Shown here in pieces: positions 1 through 11,692 of a DNA stretch of 64,000 bases; within the stretch, counting starts at the first letter, position 1, and every line of letters begins with the position of its first letter. The notes under the pieces are model-generated. The model saw only the letters and a program-made list of their open reading frames with translations, had not been told where the DNA came from and searched no databases. Source of the DNA: Neoechinorhynchus agilis (lineage: Eukaryota > Animalia > Acanthocephala); contig CM121343.1 of NCBI GenBank assembly GCA_051530055.1, forward strand, positions 2,202,389-2,266,388, read 5' to 3'. The position numbers and the translations under genes are program-made.

Positions 1-707
1 CAGCAACAAACCGTGTTCCATGTTGGTGATTTTCAAATTGCTTAATTTTTGATTTAAAGCGGTTAAGCTGGTCGCCAACAAAAATTAAAAAAAAATGATT
101 AGCAGATTGTTTGGTTTTCTTGAAGACTACTGATTGTAGCCAAAACCCATATAAAGTAGCATTATAGTTTCCTTCTGATTTCGTCGCAACTTTCAAGGCA
201 AAGTGTTTATTGACGAGATCATCAATTTAACAGAGGCAAAAATGTTTTTATCTGTGATTAAAAAAGGACACATTTTTAAAGTAAACAGCTTTTTATCTAT
301 CAAATAGCTCATTTATTGAATTTTATACCAAATAAACTCACAAACGATGAGGACCAACCCGTCCTTCAGAACATTCAGACGTGTAAGAGTGTTTAAATCC
401 GATGAGGATCAACGTGTGTATTTATTAATTGCTAAAAAAACGTCGATCTTTGGTGAGTACTAGAAATCAATTTCTGGTAATTTTAAATGTATCTGCATAT
501 TCTGAGGCGAACTGTTTCAAAATTCTAACTACGAATTATAAGTGTACTTGAACTCAAAAATACAATATTTTTCACTTGGATTAGGTGTCAATGTTTTCAA
601 GAAACATCCAGGAGTATATAAGCTGCGCTTAACACTTGAAGATCGTCTATTCACGTTGATTCTTAAACTTTGTAACAACGTCAAATTTCAAGGATCAAAC
701 AACTTCA

Positions 708-2688
708 ATGAACAATCTAAATCGATTAAACAATTACGAGAATGCCTCAGCGACAATAAATCCACATGAACAGGCGGCCACTGAGACTGTAAGGAAACCT
801 GGGAGACGACAAAATCCTTGGGGATTCGCCACTTATGCTGAACTTATTCAGCTGGCGATTACAACCTCAGCAGAGCAGCGACTAACACTACAAGAAATCT
901 ACAATTGGATGATTAGTAATGTTGAATATTTCGCATCAATGACCGTCAAAAGAGATATCGATCAAATGAAGGTGAGCATCGCCATGATTCATTTTTAAAA
1001 CTTCAATAATATCTCAATTTTAGAACTCGATAAGACACAATTTATCACACCATGATCAATTTGTAAGGGTGGTTAGCGCCACAGGTTGCAGAGCATCCTA
1101 TTGGACGTACGATCCAAACAATATAAAGGAACGTCCAGCAAAGCGACCTCGGGTTACACAGGAAAATATGAATGCAGCGCGTGACGGACGTAGACCGGGA
1201 AGAGGACGGGGACCTACACGGACAAGAACCGGAGACTTTCCCAACCCGTTTACGACCGAAAGCCATGGTACCCCGGAGCAATTAGCTCCAAATTTGTATC
1301 AACCCAATGGAAACAATCAGCTGCCACAATTCGGATCTCAAACTTATAATAATATCCCACCTAATACATTTGCCATGAACTATAATCCGTGGTATCAGCC
1401 AGCACAAATATACAACGGAAATTTTCAACAAAATGCTCTTGGACAACAATTTGAATTCCAGCACCAAAACAATATTATAACTCAAAATACCATGAACACA
1501 CAATGGGGCTACGATGGCACAAATCAACAAATGAATAATGGAATTGGAATAAATAATACTTACCTTCCTCCAGCAAATCTGAATACTCCAACGGTACACA
1601 CATACCATGGAAATTATATTACAAATTTCGGCCTACCACAAATGGGTATCGGAGCAAGTGGTCCAATGGGATTGCAAGGTCCAATGACTATGCCGGCGGA
1701 TCCAAATTCTGCAAACCAATCCACGGCTACGTTAATGAATCCAGTTGGAAATACTTTTCAAGGTCATGTTAACAGTTCGAACCAAGAAGGATTTGTAAAT
1801 ATTAATAACGAAACAACTGGACAAACAAACTCAAATCAAATGACACTCGGAGAAAGTGTTCCAACGGGACATCAGGTTTCTGGGACCGTCCGTACGAATC
1901 CATTTTCTAGAAACCAATGCACTATTCGGAAGAGGAATACAGCGCCAAACACAAGTTCTAACCCAGATGAAGTTGGAGCTTTCATTGATCAAATAATTGC
2001 CGATGCGAAGAAACAGAAAATGGAACCATCCGAGGGTGCCATTAGCGAACTAAAAGAACCAGGGGCTGAGTATTCTACCAAGGAGTTCGGGAGAAAATCA
2101 TGTGACAAAAAAAACGACTCGCGAATTGTTCATGCTGGGCGAATGCTCGAAAATATTAACGAACAAGGCTCAATTAGTTTCTACGATCAAACTGCTGCTA
2201 GCGCACAATTGCGTAATAGAAATTCGAATGAACCGCCTTTGAAGGAGGAAGTCTCGCATTCGCATAAAAGGGCGTTAGATGCTGGAATTCAAGAAGATTT
2301 GTTGCCGCCGCCAGCAAAGCAAAGTTCCAGGACAATAAAAAGTAACCCTGTGGAAGGTGGAGTTACGTTCGTCAACGCTCAAGCTGAGATTTATGAGTGG
2401 TGGAATGAGCCGACCGAATATGACGAGTATATCCGACAAATTCAGTTGAATGCGATTTCAGAGGGCGATAGTGCAGCAGAAGCACAAGAAGGGAATTCGT
2501 TTGAGGCCGATAATCGTGATGGATTCCGGGATTCCTTAAATAACGACTGGTTGACACAGCAGAGCGAAAATTCTTCATTTATTTACCAGCAGCATGAAAA
2601 TCCGAGTATATTTGTAAAGAATACGGATATCCTGAGACTCTTGGATGGAATAATTAAAAGCAGAAATCAAAATAATCGTACGCAATAA
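708..2688 (+). CDS. FoxO: Forkhead box O (FoxO)-like transcription factor, 2 exons (708-971, 1024-2688), about 642 aa, divergent
   Basis: Exon 1 encodes RRQNPWGFATYAELIQLAITTSAEQRLTLQEIYNWM..YF. A 52-nt gtgagc..ttttag intron joins it in frame to NSIRHNLSHHDQFVRV..ASYW. The RNxWG start of the domain and the intron at K|NSIRHNLS are FoxO hallmarks. Confidence 0.85.
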
Positions 2689-2749
2689 ATTGAGAATGAA
2701 GCCTGCTGGTTCCTACGATTGTGTACACCTAATTAACTTTCACGTTGAT

Positions 2750-3540
2750 TATTGGCAAACATAAACCCATCGGTGCATTCGAACTGTTAACGCCGTGTTA
2801 TCAAAATTGATCACGTTCTTCTCTTTTTCACTCACGCATTTTCTCTCTCTCTCGAGAAGTTGTGGTTCCATCGACAAGCAATTTATCCTGTTTAATGCAA
2901 TCCACCCATCGTTTCCTCGTCCTTCCTCGTCAGCGATTTCCAGTCTCTCCGTGCTGCGCAGTATGTGATATGCTTCGCACTTCGAAACTTTATCGTGCCG
3001 GCACAACCTTCTTTGGACGATCAACTCTGAACAGCGGCAAGTGCCGAACAGCTCTACATTAGAACAAAAAATGCAGCTTCCTAGAAGGCTCAACCGGTCT
3101 AGAGGCATCAATTCTATCCAGGGGGCCAGGTTCGGAAAATCTTTCACGATATTTTGCCCGTTCGCTTCATCTTCCACGTTCATCACTAAAATCTCGCACT
3201 TGGCAGCATTCAATTCAATGCCAATTTTCGCCGTCTCCTTCACGAGTGTCTGCAAATCCGGCACCATAAAGGTATCAGCCGTTAAAGTTTGACTGGAGAG
3301 AATGCGCGACGGGATTGAATGCGAGTGAGAAGGCTATCGGGCCCAAAGGATCCCCTTGTTGAACTTCTATTTCTGACCCCGTTGTTGTTCAATAACCACG
3401 TTTTGTGGAGAGAAATGAGGAAATTCGGGTGAATGCCAATGGAAAATGATCTTATGATCAGTATGATTTGATGTTCAATAACCACGTTTTGTATTCAGAA
3501 ACCATGCCCATTCCGAATGCGATAGAGACCACCATTAGAA
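2750..3540 (-). mobile_element. Decayed CRE-clade (RLE-type) non-LTR retrotransposon, RT segment
   Basis: Minus-strand translation gives QQGDPLGPIAFSLAFNPVAHSLQSNFNG*YL and DLQTLVKETAKIGIELNAAKCE (RT motifs), with stops and deletions. A 65-bp insert is flanked by a 21-bp direct repeat (3386-3406 / 3472-3492). Confidence 0.8.
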
Positions 3541-3891
3541 GACATTCACCAATAGACGAGACGGTGAAAGCATCGGCGATAAATGATTTTGAACCCCTTT
3601 GACCCTGAAAAAAAGGATATCATTTACGACGTTTAATCGTACAAAGCTAGATATAAAAGATCTTATTTATTGATTGTTTGTACCGTTGCTGCAGTCATTA
3701 AGCAAAGCTGCTTTTATTTCCAGTGCTAAAGAGAGCAATTGCTTATAAGTAAACTTGAATTGGATTTAATTACAAAAAACCGAACTAATTAAGCTTAAAT
3801 ACGTTGGCTCTACGGATTGATCACCATGGCAACTAAATATCTAATATGTTCAAAATTTAGTAGTGGGACGTTCATCAACTTCGTCTTCAGA

Positions 3892-4233
3892 ATGGAAACA
3901 CCGTGCCACGACTACCCACTCCAAGGCATGTACGTCGTCAATTTGGAAGTTCAACACGGTTCAACGATGTTGCCGTTGTACTTGCAAAGAGATAGACCTA
4001 TCAGAGTATCGGATCTCCAAGAGAAAATCGCGAAGGTTTCATGCATTCCTCTGTGCATGCAGCGAATTTACTTTGAAGGACAGTACCTCCATCGATGGCC
4101 TAACGCACGGCTCTTGGACTTTGGCGCCGTGAATGGAGTTCGTTTAACTCTTGCCGGCACCACCTGCACAAGACACGATCCAAAGTGCACTGAGTGTCTC
4201 GTTTGTAAGGATGCCAACGTTTGTTATCACTGA
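3892..4233 (+). CDS. Small ubiquitin-like-domain protein, intronless, about 113 aa
   Basis: VVNLEVQHGSTMLPLYL...VSDLQEKIAKVSCIPLCMQRIYFEGQYL...LLDFGAVNGVRLTLAG fits the ubiquitin beta-grasp pattern. First ATG is at 3892 (the ORF-track start at 3817 is not ATG). Confidence 0.7.
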   Translation: METPCHDYPLQGMYVVNLEVQHGSTMLPLYLQRDRPIRVSDLQEKIAKVSCIPLCMQRIYFEGQYLHRWPNARLLDFGAVNGVRLTLAGTTCTRHDPKCTECLVCKDANVCYH

Positions 4234-4239
4234 GGGCGA

Positions 4240-4740
4240 CAGAGTTAAAATTATTTACTGACCAAAAATTAGCTATTTTGAATGAGTACAATGCTTTTGG
4301 AAAAATAGGGATGGATTGCAAGCTTTGCGGCCAACTATTGAGTTTCGTGGTAAGACTGCCAGTAATATCAATGGCGGAAAACACTAATCTGGGGAACACA
4401 AAGAGACGCATCCACGAAAACTCTGAGTTAGCTTCAATGCAGTCTGTCAATATAGAGGTGAATCTCTTTGCGGCCTGATATCACGTGCCCCTTGGGATTA
4501 TTTTAAGAACGTCTCTAGGCAAAACTCGTACAATATTCCCTTCAAATGGAATTTAATTTTGTACTGGTGATAGGATTTTTAGGCCCACAATCAATGGACT
4601 TTGGGGATGAACCGGAACCGCCGCAGCGTGAATCACGGGGCCATGAACCCTTAGAACTCCTGTTTTCATCGGGGAGAAAATCTCATCACAAACCTCACAG
4701 AATCCTGCTGAGAAGCTCGTTCGTGTTTTATCCATGACTG
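4240..4740 (-). mobile_element. Decayed CRE-clade retrotransposon, 5' (N-terminal) segment
   Basis: Minus strand reads FCEVCDEIF..TGVLRVHGPV, then after a frameshift RCGGSG, VLKIIPRAR..QAAKRFTSILTDCIEANSEFSWMRLFVFP..SLTTKL. This resembles, from recall, the N-terminal zinc finger and pre-RT region of animal CRE elements. Confidence 0.55.
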
Positions 4741-5799
4741 GCGAAGTTGAAGGGGTTTTTTGGGAAGAGGGTTAAAATTTGATCCAGTATCCAAGTTCCA
4801 AGCGAAGCGAGAAAATGTCTGTTGAAGTTACACGTTTTTGTTTTGGAACTGATTGTGAATTCGTCGAAAATATTAAAGGAATCAAAAAATAATTGTCCTA
4901 CAGAGATAAATTTGTATAGTCAGAGCAGAAATGAAAACAGGAAACTAATGAATTTTCAACGATTAATGGTAATGCGTATGAAATAAGAGGTTAAGAATTC
5001 TAACAAACATTTCTTAGAATTGCTTACAAGAATTAAAAACTGTTATTTCGGTCACTTGAGCTGGTGTAAAAAAGTTAGTTTCTTTTTTTAGATGCGATGC
5101 GTGGGATTTTTCTTGTATATGTAATATTTTACCACCTTTTCCCTTTTTAACTTAAGAAATTCTCTGCGTCATCTATGCTGGAGTTTTTCGTTAAAATATC
5201 GTATTTATGATCGCATTAGAAAACAGCTACGATGCTTTCATTTCAATGAGAATTTCCTAAAATCGATAAATCAAAGGGGCGAATTTATTAATATAGCAAT
5301 TTTTACGGCGTTACTTAACCATTCATGTAAATTGCACCAATCAAAACGTAGTCTTAATTGGAGAAAAGCAGTTATTTGCTCTTAATTGTTCAATCTTTAG
5401 CATTGTAACGATCCCTGCAAACCTTTTTGCCCTGCTATCCCGATTTTTCCCATTCGTTCCAATAATACCACCACAATTCAAACCAATTGATGATTAGTGG
5501 TGAATTTAAACTTATTAATTACATCGTTAGCAGCGATTTGGTATCAGATATGTGATTATCGATCACAATGAGATTCCAGCAATATACAACGATAATTTGG
5601 AACATGGCTTCCTTCTGTTCGCATTTAATATCTTGGTCGCTCGTGGCTATTTGGTATCTGGACGACTGCTCTCGTGGCTATTTGGTATCTGGACGACTGC
5701 TTCATAGGATGACTTATCACTGCCATTGACAACGACATAAAGCTCATTTTGTGAACAGGGTGCCTTTCAGGGATTGCTTCTAAGGTCCGGAAACGTGAA

Positions 5800-6620
5800 T
5801 CTTCGCAAAAAACGCTTTAAAAATACTTCCTCTCATCGATGTTATCCAAGAAGCCAAAATATGCGAATTCTCGTGACCTGGTGAACCGAACTCGATTGGC
5901 GGCAGCCTCTACAAGAGAATCTGGTGCTTGGCTCAACGCTGTCCAAATCGCTTTTGTAGGTACCCGTCTCTCCGAAGAGACAGTAAGGATTGCAGTGTCC
6001 CTAAGACTTGGGTACCGATGTGTAAATCCAATCGCTGCCGTTGCGGAACGACCGTGGAACCATCGGGACGCCATGGTCTCCTGTCGGCAATCAGGCGGAA
6101 GGTACTCACGACACGCTGAAGTGGATGCAATTCTTATTGGTGCCCTGAATACTGTGAATGCGTCCAACATCCTAGAGCCGAGCAATCTTTGACGGCTCGG
6201 TGGCCGCCGTAGACCGGACGGTGTCACAGTATTCCCGTGGCGAGAAGGAAAATGCCATCTCTAGGACGCCACGTTCGTGGACACGCTCGCAGCCAGCAAC
6301 ATAAAATTCGCCACCATTAAACCAGGGGGCGCAACAACCGCCGTTGAGGACCGCAAAAAGATTAAATACGGCGACCTGAGTCGAAATCATTATTTTGTTC
6401 CTTTGGCGTCGAGACGCTCGTGTCATTTGGTACCACGGCACAGGACCTAATCAAGCAATTGTCTAAGAGATTGAGACGAATCACTGACGATCTGAGATCT
6501 GGAGCATTCCTCCTACAAAACATTAGTCTGCCCCTGTGACCGGCGAAGGAACGCTGCACCCCCCCCCATTTCAACCATTACACCAAGACGGCAGCTGAGT
6601 GATCCAGCACGGTAGTGTGA
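5800..6620 (+). mobile_element. 5'-truncated decayed CRE-clade retrotransposon (zinc knuckle + restriction-like endonuclease end)
   Basis: ESGAWLNAV..VRIAVSLRLG..GRYSRHAEVD..EPSNL*R..RPDGVTVFPWREGK..DAT.VDTLAAS..AVEDRKKIKY, with in-frame stops. Confidence 0.85.
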
Positions 6621-7032
6621 ATGTTTTTGAACTCTTTTTATTCTAATTAAATTGCAGAAAATTTCTTCAGCCTTTGTTTAGTACGGGCGATGTATAGAGA
6701 GCTTTGGAATTCATATAACCGTTGTAAGATTTATACAACGGACCAGTAAACATCCTTGAATAGCCACGATATACAAATCCTCTTTTTATTTTAATCCAAG
6801 ATCTTCTGAGCTTGTCAATCCGCAAATAAAGGCTTCTAAATACTAAAAAGACTTAGATTCCAATCTTTACTTTAAAAGTGCGAAGCTTCGCTGTCACTGC
6901 ATCGGCATCAAAAATTGTAAATATATAAATTAATGAATTACGACGCAGTTACCCCGATAAAAGAGGAATACAATTAATTTACTGGCCTCTAACTCGTATG
7001 CTTTAAGCAATGGCAGGACACTCATCGAACAT

Positions 7033-10000
7033 TCACTTAGCCAAAGTAACTGGAATGTGCAATTTGCACCATATCTTTGATTCTTTGATAAGAATTGATC
7101 TTTTACTAATTTGTGCGCGGTTTAAAAGAACAATCTTATATGGATTAGATGAAAAACTTACTCTAATTTGGTGTAGCATTTTGAACACCTCATGCATGTT
7201 TTATGAATATTAATACTTTGGCCATCTATCTTGACTAAATTTGTGCCAGAATTTTTCTTGCATACGTAACATAATGATGCCTTAGATTGAGTTAAAGAAT
7301 CTTTCTCGACTTCGGTTGGATCCGGTTCTAAAGTACTTGATTCAGCTATGATATCCGGTGCGGTGTTTGTCTCGCCGGGAACATTAGACTATCAATTTAA
7401 AGTGGTTATTTGAAAATGTTATTTTGGTCTTACCACAAAACGTTTTGGGACGTATGTAGTCTTTTCTGCAGCCGTTTGAACTACCAATGCACTTTTCTCG
7501 TGTTCTGCCCATTTCGCCTTGAGACTTTTGGCGTGGTTGGGTTCCAAACCAAGATTATCTCTTTTAATACAGAAAGGAAGACCGTAGATATCAAGGAAGA
7601 TGAAACCTACTGCTTAGCGTTGCTTTGCGGAGTTTGGGCTTTTTCATACGAACTTTTCAATCTATGCGTTTATGCAATCAGTTTTAGACAAGAATGCGAT
7701 TGCCTACTTTTCCATCATGAGCTTTGTATATCCACTTGTGATGTCAATAGGGATTTGAGTGAGCTTTTCCTCCCTGGCTATATTCGGATCACTTGGCACT
7801 GGATCATTCTCAAACTAAAAGCAAGTTTCATTTTTCAAAGTCAGCTAAAAAATTTAACTTTTTTCTTCAAATAATTAGTTCTTTTTGTTATGGGCACCGC
7901 TTAGTTGTGGCTTAAAGGCAAACGTGCAATCAAGTGGTTCACGTATCCTCAGAAATAACCCTTTTCGCTGTACAAGTCAGTGGAGACAATGTGAACATAG
8001 GTGTTTCTGTGTAAAACTAAATCTCGCCGGAAGCCGTTTTGATCATGCGAACTATCTTTTTTATTACTTGGGCCATGCCTGTAGCTTTGCGTGCTAAAAG
8101 CAGCTTTACCAATCCAGAATAATCCGAGTTTTGTCTCTGCATCAAATTCGCAATGGCATGAAAAGGAAGAGTAGTTGGCTGAATTCGCTGATCATTCAGC
8201 CGGGCGATCATTTCGACGGCATAATCAGAAAAGCTGAAGCTCTAAATTGGAGAATACGCCCATTTAAATTCCACCGTAACAATCTTCAAAGCTTTTTATC
8301 CCCCTCCAGATATGTCATGCTAAATTTTAAAACTTACCTCAATGTCAAGTCGTCGTCCATCTCGCTTAGGTGTATCAATATCATGTTTGGATCTTGATGT
8401 GGTCGTTGAAGCTAGCTGTTCCAGGTTCTGGAATAGGTTTGCCCGTTCTTTGGCTAAACCAACTTTCACCTCTTCATCATGGTCGTAGACTATTGTAGGA
8501 GATCGTTCTCGTGTACTACCTGCATTCAATAAAGTTTGAATCATATTTTTTGTTTTTCCTGGTTCTATTGCACAGATTCCGGTTGAAAGTAACGCTGTCA
8601 ATCTTTGTCAACACAGAATCTGCGCTTACTGGAACATCGGATATCCAGTCGTTCTTTAACATCGTAGCATCCTTTGAACCTTGATTGAACAATTTAGTTT
8701 TGGCCTTAGCTGCACCCTCTTCGATGGGAATATCACAGACCCATTCTCGATTAAGTTCACTCGTTTCATTTTCTAAATCAAATACATTTCGCCGGTCTCG
8801 GACAGAACCTTTTTCCACTGGAACATCGCACGTCCATTCAGGCCTTGCGTCTTCTGAACTAAGTGAATCATTAATGAATCGGTTTGCTTGTAATTTGGTA
8901 AACCCAGATGGAACATTAATGGTCGAGGTATCTACTACTCGTTTCACATTTCCTGCTGTCATCGATTCAAATATCTTTTCTTTTGCTAAATTGGCGATAC
9001 CGGCGTCAACGTCTATTGTAACCGTTTTTGGAGCCTGCACCTCCTTGTGCATTTCAAGCAATATTTTTTCACGTAAATCATTTAGAAGTCCTTTAACTGT
9101 TTCCACATTAGTTATGCTTCCAGTAACTTTATCTGACTTGTCAAGTTGTTCTAATAACATTTTCAGTCGTTCCTCAGGCAATTTTCCCGGATACTGTGCC
9201 ATAGATTCCTTCGTTCTGGACGACTGCTGGTCCACCATCGCTGTCTGAATTTGGGAACGGAGTACGTTTGTCATGCCTTCGACTATCTCTATATCGACGT
9301 TGTCGTTCAATCGCTGAAACTCCTTTGCTGTGTTCTGTAGAATTTGTTCAATTCTGGAGCTAGCAAGTCCTGGTGGAACATGTATTTCAGAAACCTGCTT
9401 CTTTGCAGGTGCCATGCACTGACAAATTCGCTTTGATGCCTTAAAAATAGGCCTCAGCAACAGTCGATCAGATTCATCTTCACCAGCCAAATTAATTCCT
9501 ATTTTACTCATTGCATTTTTGAGCAAGCTAATTAATCGTCGTTCGTTTAAATTAGTAAACCAACGGGAATCATCATAAGATTCTTGTATAGGTTCTTGAA
9601 TGTATTGCTTTATCGCCGTCTCCAGCTTTTTAAGGGTATTACTTAAATCTTCTGATCTCTCTAATGAAGAGATATTCGCATCAAGCTTCTCGAAAATCGT
9701 TTCTATTCGAGAAGTAGTGAGAGAATTATACCATTGTTGATCGTTTAAAAAAATGTCACTAGAGTCGTCCAACTGTTTTGCTGTAGTTTCTAGCAAATTG
9801 CGGATATCGTCAGCTTTTCCTTTCGGGACATTTATGTCGATTTGAGTTTTCATTGGTTGTCTAGCAAGATCGCTAGGGTTTTCGAACTTCTCTTTAGCAT
9901 CCTTTACTTCATTGAATAGAATCTGGTAAATATTCGGATCGTATGTCCCGGTTACTTTGATACATCTATGAATTTCTTACCCCTTTTGTGTACAAGTTAG

Positions 10001-10540
10001 GACCTTCTTGTTTAATCGATTCATCAGATTGGTTTTCATACCTAAAAGAGTAACTCAGGGAGATAATAACCAATGTAAATATTGCACCTGTTAAGTTTGT
10101 CAACAATCTTAACTGATGGACTTTGCTTCGATATCTTTGAAAGTTCTATTTCCTCTTCCGCTCTGGGCTTTTCAAACATTCCATAAATCAACCGTAGTCG
10201 CTCAAGTTGATCCACTAAACGAAGGTTTTAATTGTTATTACTTTTTTGCCCTAATGATCACAGTTAAATTTGCTGGATCACAAAGCGAAACATTATTCAA
10301 TTGTTCTCGTCCCTCTTTTTTTGTTATACAATGCGCCATATAATAAAGCGTTCTTCTAATTTGAACTGATGCGCAAGAGTTTACAAGTGAATGCTTTCCA
10401 CGAGTTCGCTCGGTGTTTTTCTTTTTTATTGTGTGAATGGAATTTATGAGTTTCCTTGGTCCTGTAAGGTTTTTAAGAAGATACTCACAAGAGGGTTCCT
10501 CATCGAATCCTTCATCTTGAATGTCTAACTGATCGGACAT
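7033..10540 (-). CDS. Multi-exon protein with about 10 short IxVxxGxAK..F-type repeats and one C-terminal LIM domain (actin-cytoskeleton-type protein); internal junctions partly unresolved, one apparent frameshift near 8600
   Basis: Exons joined by canonical short introns give ..RYENQSDE..KG|ILFNEVKDAKEKFEN..MKTQIDINVPKG... The last exons read CYVCKKNSGTNLVKIDGQSINIHKTCMRCSKCYTKLD|KRSILIKESKIWCKLH, which has LIM spacing C-x2-C-x18-H-x2-C-x2-C-x2-C-x17-C-x2-H. Stop TGA at 7035-7033. Confidence 0.7.
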
Positions 10541-10947
10541 TCTCTAAAGTTGTATGGCTAATGCAATTAAAAAAAGACGGCAAAAGCGTTGTGGATTCGT
10601 TGGTGGTAAAGATTGTCTTTTTCTGCCACATCTTTTCGATGCTCTACCGGTATTTGTATAGAAGTGCCTATTTGGTGCAATACGACACCGAGCAATAGGA
10701 TTATATAGCAGCAGCAGCAGCAGTGTAGCGACATAAATGTTGATGGTGGTAGTATGAAGGCAGAAAGGTGTTGGCCGTTTGCGATCTCGTGCACAACGGT
10801 GGTGTACTTATGCGGGTTTTCGGTGCACACAATGCGAAACATAAGCATGTATCCGTGTAGACGAAGCCGCATGAACACGGTCAAAATGCGTCAGTACTCA
10901 TTGAGGGAAATGAGATCTTTTTTTGTCGGAACCTATTTGAGTTATTC

Positions 10948-11419
10948 GGGTCAAGTGCAAATAAAATACTTAATTGTGTATTTTTCAGGACCGTGAAGAA
11001 GGAGGAAAACTCCGAAATATCGGTCCAAAATAAACATTTAAATCAATCGCGTAATCGCTTTGTCTGTTGAAGAATTTTTAACTTGAAGAAAACAATATTA
11101 TTTATCCTGACCAAGTCATATCTCCGGTATGCAATTATAAAACATTTTTAAACTGTTTGATGATTGAATTGTTCATGTTTTTTTTGTGGTGCTAAAATTT
11201 GAAGGAATTTATTAAGTCCGATATTTCGGTACAATCTTGTGTCTTTATCACGGTCTAAGTTCCCTGTATCGAATGTAGTAAATCCTAATTTTAAAAAGAA
11301 CCACAGAACATAAATATGCTCTGAGGAGAGGCACCGCCGGTGTCAGTTCTACGATACTTAACCATTTTGAGCAACGAGGCCACGTAATGGATATTGACAA
11401 TGCCACCATTTGGGCGAGC
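10948..11419 (+). repeat. 472-bp segment, inverted near-identical copy of 16122-16593
   Basis: Line-by-line comparison shows identity to the reverse complement of 16122-16593 except 2 adjacent bases near the inner end, with no indels. No target-site duplication seen. Confidence 0.95.
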
Positions 11420-11692
11420 TCACTTTATCAGTCAGCGAAAAATATGTGGGATCGATAAACCCAACACAATTTAAGGGGAAATAAAGATAATTTTAACTTG
11501 TGTTAAAAATTCAATACTAAAATCATCGGTCCCCGAACTTCGAGTTTGCGATCCCGAGCGCACTCCAGCTTAAAACCTTAATTGGATGAGGAGGTGAGGT
11601 TACCTCCTTCGAAATATTTCCCACCAAAATTATATACTTTGACTTACCCGAAGGATTTTCTATCGATGAATAAAGAATTTATTGACGGAATG

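Noticed and set aside
2749-6574. ORF-track entries antisense to or inside CRE remnants, and antisense ORFs within FoxO, the LIM gene, HSP, Onecut, nanos and TRM1
   Set aside because: These are shadows of real coding or TE sequence on the opposite strand or in another frame.
11322-11350. CTGAGGA followed by a GGCACC/GGTGTC hairpin
   Set aside because: No GAAA follows the stem. The sequence is explained as codons of the Penelope endonuclease remnant.
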